Source: Flavobacteriales bacterium
Lineage (GTDB): Bacteria; Bacteroidota; Bacteroidia; Flavobacteriales_F; PHOS-HE28
Length of the DNA stretch: 64,000 nt
Assembly: GCA_047601855.1 (NCBI GenBank)
Contig: JASGIM010000003.1
Location: 576,797 to 640,796 of the forward strand
Reading direction: 5' to 3'
Positions 12,616 through 22,246 of the stretch are shown here, piece after piece. The position numbers and the translations under genes are program-made. The notes beneath the pieces were generated by a model that saw only the letters and a list, made by a program, of their open reading frames with translations, was not told the DNA's origin and did not search any database. Position 1 is the stretch's first letter. Each line of letters starts with the position of its first letter.

Positions 12616-13524
12616 ATGATCACCGGCATCGACATCGGAGGCACCACCAGCAAGATCGGCCTGGTGCATGAAGGGCGTGTGGTCGCCCGCGCGCGCATTG
12701 CCACCGTGGGCCATGCGGACGATCACGCCTTTGCGGATGCGCTCGCTGCGGCGGTACGTGCGCTCGCCGCCGGTAACGGCCTGCCCATGCCCACCGCGGC
12801 CGGCCTCGGTGCGCCCAACGCCAACCAGCACACGGGTATCATCGAGATGGCGCCCAACCTGCCGTGGAGGTATGATGTGCCGCTGGCCCGCATGGTGCAG
12901 GACCGGCTCAGCGTACCCTGCGTGCTCGGCAACGATGCCAATGCGGCGGCCCTGGGCGAATGGCGCTACGGCGCGGGCCAGGGCTACCGCGACCTGCTGG
13001 TGGTCACATTGGGTACGGGTGTGGGCAGCGGTTTCATCGTGAACGATGCGCTGTTGCTGGGCAGCCACGGCAACGCGGGCGAGCTGGGTCACATGACGCT
13101 GGTGATGGACGGCCGCCCCTGCACGTGCGGCCGCAAGGGCTGCCTGGAGGCCTATGTGAGCATCCGCGGGCTGCGCCAGACGTATGCGGAGCTGGATGGC
13201 GATCCGGCCGTGTTGCGCGAGGAAGGCGTGAAGGCCATCGCCGACGCCGCGCATCGCGGGGACACAGCCGCGCTGCAGACCTTCATCCATGCGGTCCGCT
13301 GGCTGGCGGTGGGGCTGGCGAACGCCGTGGCGATCTCCGGCCCGCAGCGGATCGTGCTGTTCGGTGGTATCGCCCGCAACGGGGACCTGCTGATGGCTCC
13401 GCTGCGCGAGCGTTTCCAGGAAGCCTTGCTCAGCATCTACAGCGGGCGCGTGGACCTGACGGTTTCCGCTCTTCCGGATGATGACGCAGCGATCCTCGGG
13501 GCCGCGGCCCTGACCACGCTATAG
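12616..13524 (+). CDS. ROK family sugar kinase (glucokinase-like)
   Basis: GIDIGGT, NDANAAALGE, TLGTGVGSG, GELGH, CTCGRKGCLE. Confidence 0.9.
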   Translation: MITGIDIGGTTSKIGLVHEGRVVARARIATVGHADDHAFADALAAAVRALAAGNGLPMPTAAGLGAPNANQHTGIIEMAPNLPWRYDVPLARMVQDRLSVPCVLGNDANAAALGEWRYGAGQGYRDLLVVTLGTGVGSGFIVNDALLLGSHGNAGELGHMTLVMDGRPCTCGRKGCLEAYVSIRGLRQTYAELDGDPAVLREEGVKAIADAAHRGDTAALQTFIHAVRWLAVGLANAVAISGPQRIVLFGGIARNGDLLMAPLRERFQEALLSIYSGRVDLTVSALPDDDAAILGAAALTTL

Positions 13525-13681
13525 CGGGACCGACGGCAGATGTCACGGTTCGGGCGCCTGCGCCAAAGCGCATCGGTCTCTTGCGCCATAGCTTCAGCGA
13601 CGGAGCGCGTCGGCGCACAGGCTCACCGTGACATCTATAAACGTAACCACCGGGTGCTCTTCCGCGTAGGAACGCGCTCCG

Positions 13682-15580
13682 ATGAAAGGTCCGATCCTGC
13701 TGGCACGCTGCATCCTCGTGGGTGGTCTGTTGATCGCCACGTGGCCGGTGCAGGCAGGTCCGTACCGCTTGCCGGCCCGCAGGGACAGCCTCAGCCGCAC
13801 GGCCGAACGGTTGATCGATCAGGCCGTTGCCCGCGTGACCGCCGAGGCCGGCCAAAGCCTGGCGGACCTCAAGATGGCGGCCGGTATCGCCGGTTCGGCC
13901 GGCAACAAGGAATTGCAGATGCGCGCCCTGCGCGCCCAGCGTGACCTGGAAATGGCCAATGGTGCCTGTGATGCCGCCGTGACCACCGGCGCGCGGGTGC
14001 TGCAATTGAGCACCAGCGCCGGCGATCGCTCCGCCATGGCGAACGACCTATGGGCGCTGGCCCGGGGCTATGAGCGCATCGGCGCGCTGGATGAGGCCAT
14101 GGCATCCACCAAGCGGGCCCTGTTCCTCTCGCGCACGATGAACGACACGGCCGCGGTCGGGCAAGGCATGCTCGCCCTGGCCGATCTGCTGCTGATAACC
14201 CGCCGCACGGACGAGGCGAAACAAGCCACCGAGGATGCCCTCGATCTGTTCACGGAACGGCGCGATACGCTGGGCATGGCCCGTGCGCGGGCCCGCCAGG
14301 GGGCGCTGTTCATCCAGCAGGATCGCTGCTCGGAAGCCTTGAGCGTGCTGCACCACGCCTACCGGGTGCTGGGCGCATCGAGCGTGCCGGAGGACCGCGT
14401 ATCGGTGCTGTTACACCTGGCGGAGGCGAACATCGGTTGTTCCCGTTGGAGCGATGCCCGCGCCGACCTGCTTGCCGCCGAGCGCGAGCTGCGCACGAAC
14501 GGCCGCCTGCTGGCGACCCCTGCGTTGTTCGCGCTGCGCGCCCGCGTGGAGGAAGGCGTCGGCGATGCGAAGGCCGCTCTGGCCGCACAGAAACGCTACA
14601 ACGCCTTGCGCGACTCGCTGTTCAACGACCGCTTCGCGGATCGCGTGGCCGGGTTGCGCACCCTCTACCAACTGGCCGAGCAGGAGAACGAACTGAGCAC
14701 CCTGCACGAAGCGGACAAGGCCCGCTCGCAGGAATGGCCCCAAGGCCGGACCCTCTGGCTGCTGGCCCTGCTTGCGGTGACGATCGCGGCCCTCATCGCG
14801 CTGGCAGGCATGTACCGCCGGATGCACCGGGCCATTGTGCGGACACGCAGGAAAGGCCAGCTCGTGGGCAAGCAGGCGGAAGAGATACGCGCCAAGAACC
14901 TGGAACTGGAGCGCCAGAACATGCGCCTGATGGAAACGCTGCTGCACGAAGAGGAGAAGGACGTGATCCTGAAGGAGATCCACCACCGGGTGAAGAACAA
15001 CCTCCAGATCGCCGGGATGCTGCTGCGGATGCAGGCCACCTTCATCAAGGACCAGCGGCTGGAGGAACTGCTGCACGACTGCCAGGCGCGCATCCTCTCG
15101 ATGGCCCTGGTGCATGAGCACATCTACAAATGCGGCGACCTGAGCCGCGTGAACGTGAAGGCGCACCTGATGGCCCTGGCCACGAGCGTGCTGCGCAACC
15201 ACGGCCTGGACGGCCGGGTGGCGCTGGACCTGAACGTGACCTACGACCGCGCCACGCTGGACGACCTGATCCCGTTGAGCCTGCTGCTGAACGAGCTGCT
15301 CACCAACGCCGCGAAGCATGCCTTCACCGGTGAACGCCCGGGACGCATCAACATCGCGCTGCGCCGGTTGAGCGAGGACCGCTGCGAGCTCACCTTCAGC
15401 GACAACGGTGTGGGCCTGGACCAGGACCTGTTCTTCAGCACCGCATCGTTCGGGCTTGAACTGGTGCGCACGCTGGCCGCCCAGCTGAACGGTACCATCC
15501 GCCTGTTGAAGGGCGATGGCACCACGTTCCAGCTCACCTTCGCGGTGAAGCCGGAGCGGCTGCTCCGCAAGGCCTCCTGA
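13682..15580 (+). CDS. Membrane sensor histidine kinase (HisKA_2 type) with periplasmic TPR-like region
   Basis: EIHHRVKNNLQ H-box, NELLTNAAKHAF, DNGVG; signal peptide plus one TM helix. Confidence 0.9.
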   Translation: MKGPILLARCILVGGLLIATWPVQAGPYRLPARRDSLSRTAERLIDQAVARVTAEAGQSLADLKMAAGIAGSAGNKELQMRALRAQRDLEMANGACDAAVTTGARVLQLSTSAGDRSAMANDLWALARGYERIGALDEAMASTKRALFLSRTMNDTAAVGQGMLALADLLLITRRTDEAKQATEDALDLFTERRDTLGMARARARQGALFIQQDRCSEALSVLHHAYRVLGASSVPEDRVSVLLHLAEANIGCSRWSDARADLLAAERELRTNGRLLATPALFALRARVEEGVGDAKAALAAQKRYNALRDSLFNDRFADRVAGLRTLYQLAEQENELSTLHEADKARSQEWPQGRTLWLLALLAVTIAALIALAGMYRRMHRAIVRTRRKGQLVGKQAEEIRAKNLELERQNMRLMETLLHEEEKDVILKEIHHRVKNNLQIAGMLLRMQATFIKDQRLEELLHDCQARILSMALVHEHIYKCGDLSRVNVKAHLMALATSVLRNHGLDGRVALDLNVTYDRATLDDLIPLSLLLNELLTNAAKHAFTGERPGRINIALRRLSEDRCELTFSDNGVGLDQDLFFSTASFGLELVRTLAAQLNGTIRLLKGDGTTFQLTFAVKPERLLRKAS

Positions 15581-15635
15581 GCACCGGACCGTCCCTTTGG
15601 CCTATTTTCGCGGGCCCTGTAAGGGCATCCCCGTA

Positions 15636-16913
15636 TTGGAAGCTACCGACACCTCCGTCATCGATTTCCGCTCGTTCGGTCTCGATCCAGGCCTCATCGA
15701 AGGGCTGGAATCCATGGGCATCCGGAAGCCCACCCCCATCCAGGCCCAAGCCATCCCCGCCGCGCTGGACGGGCGCGACCTGATCGCCTGCGCACAGACC
15801 GGCACCGGCAAGACCGCTGCCTTCCTGCTGCCGCTGATCGACGTGATCCACTCCTACCGGCCCAAGGCCGAGGGGTCCATCCGCGCCCTGATCGTGGTGC
15901 CCACGCGGGAGCTGGCCCTGCAGATCGATCAGCAGATGCAGGCCATCGCCTACTTCACCCCCATCATGTCCATGCCGGTGTACGGCGGCAGCGATGGGGC
16001 CTCCTTCGATCAGCAGAAGGCCGCGCTCAGCGGTGGCACGGAGGTGATCGTGGCCACGCCCGGCAAGCTCCTGAGCCACCTCAACCTGGGCTACGTGCAG
16101 ACCGGAGGTCTGGAATTCCTCGTGCTCGATGAGGCCGACCGCATGTTGGACATGGGCTTCATCGACGACATCAAGCGCATCATCAAGTTCCTGCCCGCCG
16201 ACCGGCAAACGCTGATGTTCAGCGCCACGATGCCCCCCGCGATCCGCGACCTGGCCAAGCAGGTGCTGCACGATCCGGTGGAGATCACCATCGCGCTGAG
16301 CAAGCCCGCCGAGGGCGTGGACCAGCAGGCCTACGTGATCCACGAGCCGCAGAAGGCGCCCATCCTGGAGCACATCCTGAAGACCAGCGAGGCGCAGAGC
16401 ATCATCATCTTCGCCGGCAAGAAGGTGGAGGTGAAGAACCTCGCCCGCCACCTGCACAAGCGCGGGTTCAACGCGCAGGGCATGCACAGCGACCTGGAGC
16501 AGGCCGAGCGCGAGCAGGTGATGCTCGATTTCCGCAATCGTAAACTGCGCATCCTGGTGGCCACCAACGTGGTGAGCCGCGGCATCGACATCGACGACAT
16601 CGACCTGGTGATCAACTACGACGTGCCCTCCGATCCGGAGGACTACGTGCACCGCGTGGGCCGTACCGCCCGCGCCGCGCGCAAGGGCACGGCCGTCACC
16701 TTCGTGAACACGATGCAGATGCGCGAGTTCGGCCGCATCGAACAGCTCATCGGCTACGAGGTGCGCAAGATGCCGCTGCCCGAAGGCTTCGAGCCCGGCC
16801 CGGCCTATGAGCCGAACGCGAAGCGCGCGAAAGGCCCCGGCCAGAAACACGACCGCCGCGGCGGTGGTCGTCACGGCGGTCGCCCGGGAGGTGGCGGCCG
16901 TGGCCGCCGTTGA
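15636..16913 (+). CDS. DEAD-box RNA helicase (second paralog; start uncertain, TTG chosen)
   Basis: PTPIQ, AQTGTGKT, PTRELA, DEAD, SAT, HRVGRTARA; RGG-rich tail. Confidence 0.92.
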   Translation: MEATDTSVIDFRSFGLDPGLIEGLESMGIRKPTPIQAQAIPAALDGRDLIACAQTGTGKTAAFLLPLIDVIHSYRPKAEGSIRALIVVPTRELALQIDQQMQAIAYFTPIMSMPVYGGSDGASFDQQKAALSGGTEVIVATPGKLLSHLNLGYVQTGGLEFLVLDEADRMLDMGFIDDIKRIIKFLPADRQTLMFSATMPPAIRDLAKQVLHDPVEITIALSKPAEGVDQQAYVIHEPQKAPILEHILKTSEAQSIIIFAGKKVEVKNLARHLHKRGFNAQGMHSDLEQAEREQVMLDFRNRKLRILVATNVVSRGIDIDDIDLVINYDVPSDPEDYVHRVGRTARAARKGTAVTFVNTMQMREFGRIEQLIGYEVRKMPLPEGFEPGPAYEPNAKRAKGPGQKHDRRGGGRHGGRPGGGGRGRR

Positions 16914-17468
16914 TCAGCGCTTGAACTGGGCCTTGTTGGCCTCGATCACGGCCACGGCGTCGAACTGCTGTGCGTCCGGCCCTACGGCTTCGATCTTCAC
17001 GGTCTCGATCCGGTCGCCCTGCTGGATGGCATCCACCACTTCTTGGCCGCTCACCACATGACCGAACACGGTGTGCTTGCCGTCGAGCCACGGAGTGTCT
17101 TTGTGTGTGATGAAGAACTGGCTGCCGTTGGTGGCGGGGCCGCGGTTGGCCATGCTCAGGATGCCGGGCTTGTCATGCCGCAGCGCGCGGTCGAACTCAT
17201 CGGGAAAGGTGTATCCCGGACCGCCGGTGCCATTGCCGGAGGGGTCGCCCCCTTGGATCATGAAGTCGGCGATAACGCGGTGGAAGGACAGGCCGTCGAG
17301 ATAGGGCTGCCCTTCGGGCTTGGCCGAATTCTTCATCTTCCCTTCCGCCAGCGCCACGAAGTTCGCCACGGTGAGGGGCGTCCGCTGGTGTTCAAGCTGG
17401 CATACGATGGTGCCCTTGTTGGTCTTGATCGTGGCGAAGAGGCCGTCGCCGAATGTGGATGGTTGCAC
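16914..17468 (-). CDS. Cyclophilin-type peptidyl-prolyl isomerase
   Basis: [40 protein letters not shown]. Confidence 0.93.
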   Translation of the reverse strand: MQPSTFGDGLFATIKTNKGTIVCQLEHQRTPLTVANFVALAEGKMKNSAKPEGQPYLDGLSFHRVIADFMIQGGDPSGNGTGGPGYTFPDEFDRALRHDKPGILSMANRGPATNGSQFFITHKDTPWLDGKHTVFGHVVSGQEVVDAIQQGDRIETVKIEAVGPDAQQFDAVAVIEANKAQFKR

Positions 17469-17488
17469 GTGTTCCTGTGTTTGAGCGG

Positions 17489-18181
17489 TCAGTTCGCTTT
17501 GAACTTGTCCTTGTTCGTGGTGAGCACCTTCACGGCATCGAAGGCCTTGGCCTCCTTCCCGCGGGCTTCGATCGTCACGGACTCGATCTTATCCCCCTGC
17601 TGGATGGCGTTCACCACGTCCTGGCCGCTCACCACGTGGCCGAACACCGTGTAGTTCCCGTCAAGCGCCGGCGTGGCCGTATGCGTGATGTAGAACTGGC
17701 TGGCGTTGGTGCCGCGCTCCGGCCTTCTCGCCATCGCCAGGGTGCCCGCCTTGTCGTGTTTCAGCGAAGGCACGATCTCCTCCGGGAACGTGTACCCCGG
17801 TCCTCCTGCGCCGGTGCCGGTGGGGTCGCCCGCCTGGATCACGAAGTTGGGAACGACGCGGTGGAAGAGGATGCCGTTATAGAACGGCTTCGTCTTGTCG
17901 ACCGTGGTCACGTAGGGATGCTTGCCTTCGGCCAGGGCCACGAAATTGGCCACCGTCATCGGCGTTGCGGCGTATTCCAACTGGCACACGATGCTGCCCC
18001 TGGCGGTCTTGATGGTGGCGTAGAGCCCATCACCGAGCCCGGGCTTTTGCGGTGGTTCCGATGCCTGCTGTTGCACAACAGGCGCGGAAGCGACCGTGCT
18101 GTTCTCCGAAGCCGACGTGTTCCCGCAGGCGAACATCACCGCGAAGGAGGCGGCGACAAGGGTTCCTTGGATCTGTCTCAT
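17489..18181 (-). CDS. Cyclophilin-type peptidyl-prolyl isomerase, lipoprotein
   Basis: Lipobox MFAC; [32 protein letters not shown]. Confidence 0.9.
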   Translation of the reverse strand: MRQIQGTLVAASFAVMFACGNTSASENSTVASAPVVQQQASEPPQKPGLGDGLYATIKTARGSIVCQLEYAATPMTVANFVALAEGKHPYVTTVDKTKPFYNGILFHRVVPNFVIQAGDPTGTGAGGPGYTFPEEIVPSLKHDKAGTLAMARRPERGTNASQFYITHTATPALDGNYTVFGHVVSGQDVVNAIQQGDKIESVTIEARGKEAKAFDAVKVLTTNKDKFKAN

Positions 18182-18263
18182 GGTTGTTTGGAGCGAGGTT
18201 GCGAAAGTATCGGTTCGGCTTCAGCCGCTACGTTGATGAGCGGGGAAGCTGGGTGAGGATCGG

Positions 18264-18791
18264 TCACTGCAGGAGCACTTCCTCGATGGCATCGAGCTTG
18301 TCCACGCTGAACGCACCCTGGGTGCGGTGTACGATGCGGCCGTCCGCATCCACCACGAAGAAGTACGGGACATCCTTGTTCTTCAGGCCCAGCGCGGTGA
18401 TCACCAGATCCGCGTCGCCCTTGAAGAAGACCACGCGCTTCGCCACGTCCGGGTCGCTGCCCTTGCGCAGCTTCTTCATGCTGGGTTCGTACGCGGCCTT
18501 GTTCAACCCCACGAAGACCGGTACGAACCAGAGGTCGGCCTCATAGGTACCGGCGAAGAGGCCATGCTTGTTGACGAAGCGCAGGTAGGCCGGCTCGTAC
18601 CATTCCGCCAGCAACGGCTCCGCCTTGGTCCCATAGGCCACGGCGATGATGGCGTACTTCCCCTTGCTGGCCGTGGGCAGTTCCACCGTGGTGTTGGCGG
18701 TGGTCTCCCCTTCGATGCGTGGGAAGGCCGTCTGGGCCTGGACCGTGGCGAAGGTGGCCATCACGGCCAAGGTGGCGAGGAAATGCTGCAT
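18264..18791 (-). CDS. Secreted protein with a probable thioredoxin-like fold (no CxxC)
   Basis: Signal peptide VQA-Q; FPRIEGET...VELP and PYFFVVDADGRIV...G redoxin-like strands. Confidence 0.6.
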   Translation of the reverse strand: MQHFLATLAVMATFATVQAQTAFPRIEGETTANTTVELPTASKGKYAIIAVAYGTKAEPLLAEWYEPAYLRFVNKHGLFAGTYEADLWFVPVFVGLNKAAYEPSMKKLRKGSDPDVAKRVVFFKGDADLVITALGLKNKDVPYFFVVDADGRIVHRTQGAFSVDKLDAIEEVLLQ

Positions 18792-18825
18792 TGAAGGATG
18801 CGTTCCCAAAGATGATGCCGTGCGT

Positions 18826-19374
18826 TCACCGCACGCCATGCTCGGCGCGCCGGCCTTTGAACTGCTTGAAGAACGCCATCAATGCGGCGATGTCCTGCTC
18901 CATGTCCGGACCTACGGGGCGCGGTGCATGCAGGGTGATCTCCTTGCGGGCGTAATCGAACGAAGTGGGCACCAGCGGCACACCGGCGGCCTGGGCGATG
19001 CGCCAGAAGCCGGTCTTCCACTGCGTCACGTGCTTGCGCGTGCCTTCCGGTGTGATGGCGATGCTGAAATCGGGGATGCTGCGGAAATAGCCCGCCACCT
19101 GGTCCGTGATGTGGGTGCTCTTGGACCGGTCCACCGGGTATCCGCCAAGGGCGTAGAAGATCCAGCCGAAAGGCGGCTTGAAGAGCGAGCTTTTCGCCAG
19201 GTAGCGGGCGTTGCCCAGCCGCGCGATGCTGCGGGCGAACACGCCCACGAGGAAATCCCAGTTGCTGGTGTGCGGGGCCACCACGTAGATGGCCTGCTTG
19301 AGCCCGGCCGGACGGTGGTCCACCACGCGCCAGCCGATGAGCTTGAACACGAGCAACGATAGCGCCCTGAACAT
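18826..19374 (-). CDS. 1-acyl-sn-glycerol-3-phosphate acyltransferase family protein
   Basis: PHTSNWD (HxxxxD), PVDR, TPEGTR, WKTGF. Confidence 0.88.
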   Translation of the reverse strand: MFRALSLLVFKLIGWRVVDHRPAGLKQAIYVVAPHTSNWDFLVGVFARSIARLGNARYLAKSSLFKPPFGWIFYALGGYPVDRSKSTHITDQVAGYFRSIPDFSIAITPEGTRKHVTQWKTGFWRIAQAAGVPLVPTSFDYARKEITLHAPRPVGPDMEQDIAALMAFFKQFKGRRAEHGVR

Positions 19375-19458
19375 GTGGTGCAAGGTAGGTCCCGGCCCCG
19401 TTCAGCCCTCCTTGCCTGGCGGAACCAACCCGGGCGCCTTCTCGTAAGACGGGCCCGC

Positions 19459-20022
19459 ATGCAGCATACCGCCTTTGCCGTGATGGACGTGGAAACGACC
19501 CACGGCGACCCTCTCCAAGGACGCATCATCGAAATGGCCTGCGTGGTGCATGACGGCATCCGCGAGCTGGACCGTTGGAACACCTTGGTGCGTCCGGTGG
19601 ATGCGGAGGTCCCGGCGTTCGTTCAGCGGCTCACGGGCATAACGCCCGGCATGCTGGTGCATGCCCCCCGGTTCGACCAAGTGGCCCGGAGCGTGCTGCA
19701 CGCGGTGGAGGGCCGCATCCTGGTGGCCCACAACATCCGCTACGACCTCACCGCCCTCCAGCGGGAATGCGAGCGCGCCGGCCTGGCCTTCCTGCCGGAT
19801 ACGCTCTGCACGGAACAGCTCTCCCGCCGCCTCCTGCCCCACCTCGCGTACTACAACCTGACCAGCCTGTGCCGGTACCTGGGCATCGCCAAGGGCCACC
19901 AGCACCGCGCCGCGCACGACACGCAGGCGACGTTGTCCCTCTTGCTCCACTTGCTGGAGGAGCATGGCCTGGAACAGGTGATGAGCGCTGTGGTGCGCCA
20001 GCCGCGCGAAATGCGGGCGTGA
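19459..20022 (+). CDS. DEDDh 3'-5' exonuclease (DnaQ/epsilon-like)
   Basis: ExoI DVETT, ExoII AHNIRYD, ExoIII HRAAHD; LTGIT. Confidence 0.88.
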   Translation: MQHTAFAVMDVETTHGDPLQGRIIEMACVVHDGIRELDRWNTLVRPVDAEVPAFVQRLTGITPGMLVHAPRFDQVARSVLHAVEGRILVAHNIRYDLTALQRECERAGLAFLPDTLCTEQLSRRLLPHLAYYNLTSLCRYLGIAKGHQHRAAHDTQATLSLLLHLLEEHGLEQVMSAVVRQPREMRA

Positions 20023-20077
20023 CCCTTCGGCTACGTTCAGGGTGACACGCCTTGTTACCCTGAGCGTAGCCAACGGG
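20023..20077. repeat. Inverted pair of REP-like palindromic elements
   Basis: CCCTTCGGCTACGTTCAGGGTGACA (20023-20047) and its near reverse complement TGTTACCCTGAGCGTAGCCAACGGG (20053-20077). Confidence 0.75.
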
Positions 20078-20102
20078 TGGCAGCGCCCACTTGTAAAAGC
20101 AA

Positions 20103-20131
20103 AGCGGGGGCGGCCATTGGCCGCCCCCGCT
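20103..20131 (-). terminator. Intrinsic terminator of rpsA
   Basis: AGCGGGGGCGGCCA-T-TGGCCGCCCCCGCT with a T-rich tail on the minus strand. Confidence 0.75.
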
Positions 20132-20154
20132 GCTTATCCGGTACCGATCAAGGA

Positions 20155-22014
20155 TCACTCCTCGCCTTCTTCTTCGCTCTTCTTGCCCTTGGTGGCGCGC
20201 TCCTTGTTCTCCATGGCGCTCTTCAGGTCGCTGAGCACGCTGAGGTCGCCGAGCGTGGATTTCTCCACCTTCTCGTTCACGCTCTTCACGCTCGGGCTCT
20301 GGCCACCGCCGTCCTCGCTCTTGCGGCCGCCGCGCTTGGCGGGTGCTGCTGCTTCCACCACGTCATCACCCTCTTCGAAGGTGCGGGTGTGGCTGAGCAC
20401 GATGCGGCGGGCCTCGCCGTTGAACTCGAGCACCTTGAAGGGGAGCTTGTCCTCGAGGTTGGCCTTGCTGCCGTCCTCCTTCTTCAGGTGTTTCAGCGCC
20501 ACGGTGCCTTCCACGCCGTAGGGCAGGGCAACGGTGAAGTTGCTGCCGTTGCGGGCGGTGATGGTGCCTTCGTGCACGCTGCCCGGGGTGAACACACCGG
20601 CGAACACGTCCCACGGGTTCTCCTCCACTTGCTTGTGGCCAAGGCTGAGGCGGCGGTTGTCCTTGTCCACCTCCAGCACCTGCACCTCGATCTCGTCACC
20701 GATCTTGCAGAAGTCGCTCGGATGCTTGATGCGCTTGGTCCAGCTCAGGTCGCTGATGTGGATCAGGCCGTCCACGCCTTCCTCCAGTTCAGCGAAGATG
20801 CCGAAGTGGGTGAAGTTGCGCACCTTGGCCGTGTGGCGCGAGTTCACGGGGTACTTGAACTCGATGTCGGCCCAGGGATCGGCGGCGAGCTGCTTCATGC
20901 CGAGGCTCATCTTGCGCTCTTCGCGGTCGATGTTCAGGATCTGCACCTCGATCTCCTGGCCTTCCTTCAGGAAGTCCTTCGGGCTGCGCAGGTGCTGGCT
21001 CCAGCTCATCTCGCTCACGTGCAGTAGGCCCTCCACGCCGGGGGCCACTTCCACGAACGCGCCGTAGTCGGTGATCACCATCACCTTGCCTTTCACCTTG
21101 TCACCCACGTTCAGGTTCGGGTCGAGGGCATCCCACGGGTGGGCGCTCAGCTGCTTCAGACCCAGCGCGATGCGGCGCTTCTCGTCGTCGAAATCGAGGA
21201 TCACCACGTTGATCTTCTCGTCCAGCTTCACCACCTCTTCGGGGTGGCTTACGCGGCCCCAGCTCAGGTCGGTGATGTGGATCAGGCCGTCCACGCCGCC
21301 CAGGTCCACGAACACGCCGTAGCTGGTAATGTTCTTGACGGTGCCTTCCAGCACCTGGCCTTTCTCCAGGCCGCCGATGATCTGCTTCTTCTGCGCTTCG
21401 ATCTCGGCTTCGATCAGGGCCTTGTGGCTCACCACCACGTTCTTGAACTCCTGGTTGATCTTCACGACCTTGAACTCCATGTTCTTGCCCACGAACTGGT
21501 CGTAGTCACGGATGGGTTTCACGTCGATCTGGCTGCCGGGCAGGAACGCTTCGATGCCGAACACGTCCACGATGAGGCCGCCCTTGGTGCGGCACTTCAC
21601 GTAGCCCGTGATGATCTCGTTGGTCTCCATGGCGTGGTTCACCTTGCCCCACGCGTTGTGTACACGGGCCGTCTTGTGGCTGATGATCATCTGCCCGGCC
21701 TTGTCCTCCTGCTTCTCGATGTAGACCTCCACCTGGTCGCCCACCTTCAGGTCGGGCTTGTAGCGGAACTCGCTCAGGGGCACGACACCTTCGGACTTGT
21801 AGCCGATGTTGATGACGACCTCCTTCTTGTTCATGCCCACCACGGTGCCCATCAGCACTTCCTTCTCGGCGATGCTGGTGAGGCTGTCCTCGTAGGCTTT
21901 TTCCATCTTCTCGCGGTCACCGGCGGAGATGGCCTTCTTGTCATCCTCCAAAGCGGCCCAATCGAAATCGGCGGGCGGTTCGGCGAAGGTGACCTTGTTC
22001 TGTTCTACTGACAT
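20155..22014 (-). CDS. rpsA: 30S ribosomal protein S1
   Basis: Six S1 repeats (AFLPGSQID, DGLIHITDLSW, EGLLHVSEMSW, DGLIHISDLSW); C-terminal EKSTLGDL. Confidence 0.97.
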   Translation of the reverse strand: MSVEQNKVTFAEPPADFDWAALEDDKKAISAGDREKMEKAYEDSLTSIAEKEVLMGTVVGMNKKEVVINIGYKSEGVVPLSEFRYKPDLKVGDQVEVYIEKQEDKAGQMIISHKTARVHNAWGKVNHAMETNEIITGYVKCRTKGGLIVDVFGIEAFLPGSQIDVKPIRDYDQFVGKNMEFKVVKINQEFKNVVVSHKALIEAEIEAQKKQIIGGLEKGQVLEGTVKNITSYGVFVDLGGVDGLIHITDLSWGRVSHPEEVVKLDEKINVVILDFDDEKRRIALGLKQLSAHPWDALDPNLNVGDKVKGKVMVITDYGAFVEVAPGVEGLLHVSEMSWSQHLRSPKDFLKEGQEIEVQILNIDREERKMSLGMKQLAADPWADIEFKYPVNSRHTAKVRNFTHFGIFAELEEGVDGLIHISDLSWTKRIKHPSDFCKIGDEIEVQVLEVDKDNRRLSLGHKQVEENPWDVFAGVFTPGSVHEGTITARNGSNFTVALPYGVEGTVALKHLKKEDGSKANLEDKLPFKVLEFNGEARRIVLSHTRTFEEGDDVVEAAAPAKRGGRKSEDGGGQSPSVKSVNEKVEKSTLGDLSVLSDLKSAMENKERATKGKKSEEEGEE

Positions 22015-22207
22015 GTACTTCCTACTTGTATCCCGGGTCGAGGCGGCACTGCCCGGAAGGTGTTGGGTCGGCCCATGGTGCCGCTGCATGGGTATTCCCC
22101 TGAATTGGGGCCGCGAATATACACCGATCGCCTGATAATTAGATAATTAGAGGATCAGATGATCAGATGATGCCTTCGCCCCCACGGGCGGAACAACGTA
22201 ACGCCGG

Positions 22208-22215
22208 TACCTTTG
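22208..22215 (+). promoter_or_regulatory. Bacteroidota -7 promoter element for ispH
   Basis: TACCTTTG ending 32 nt upstream of the GTG start. Confidence 0.6.
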
Positions 22216-22246
22216 TGGCTCTGTCCGATCATCTGATCGTTGAGCC

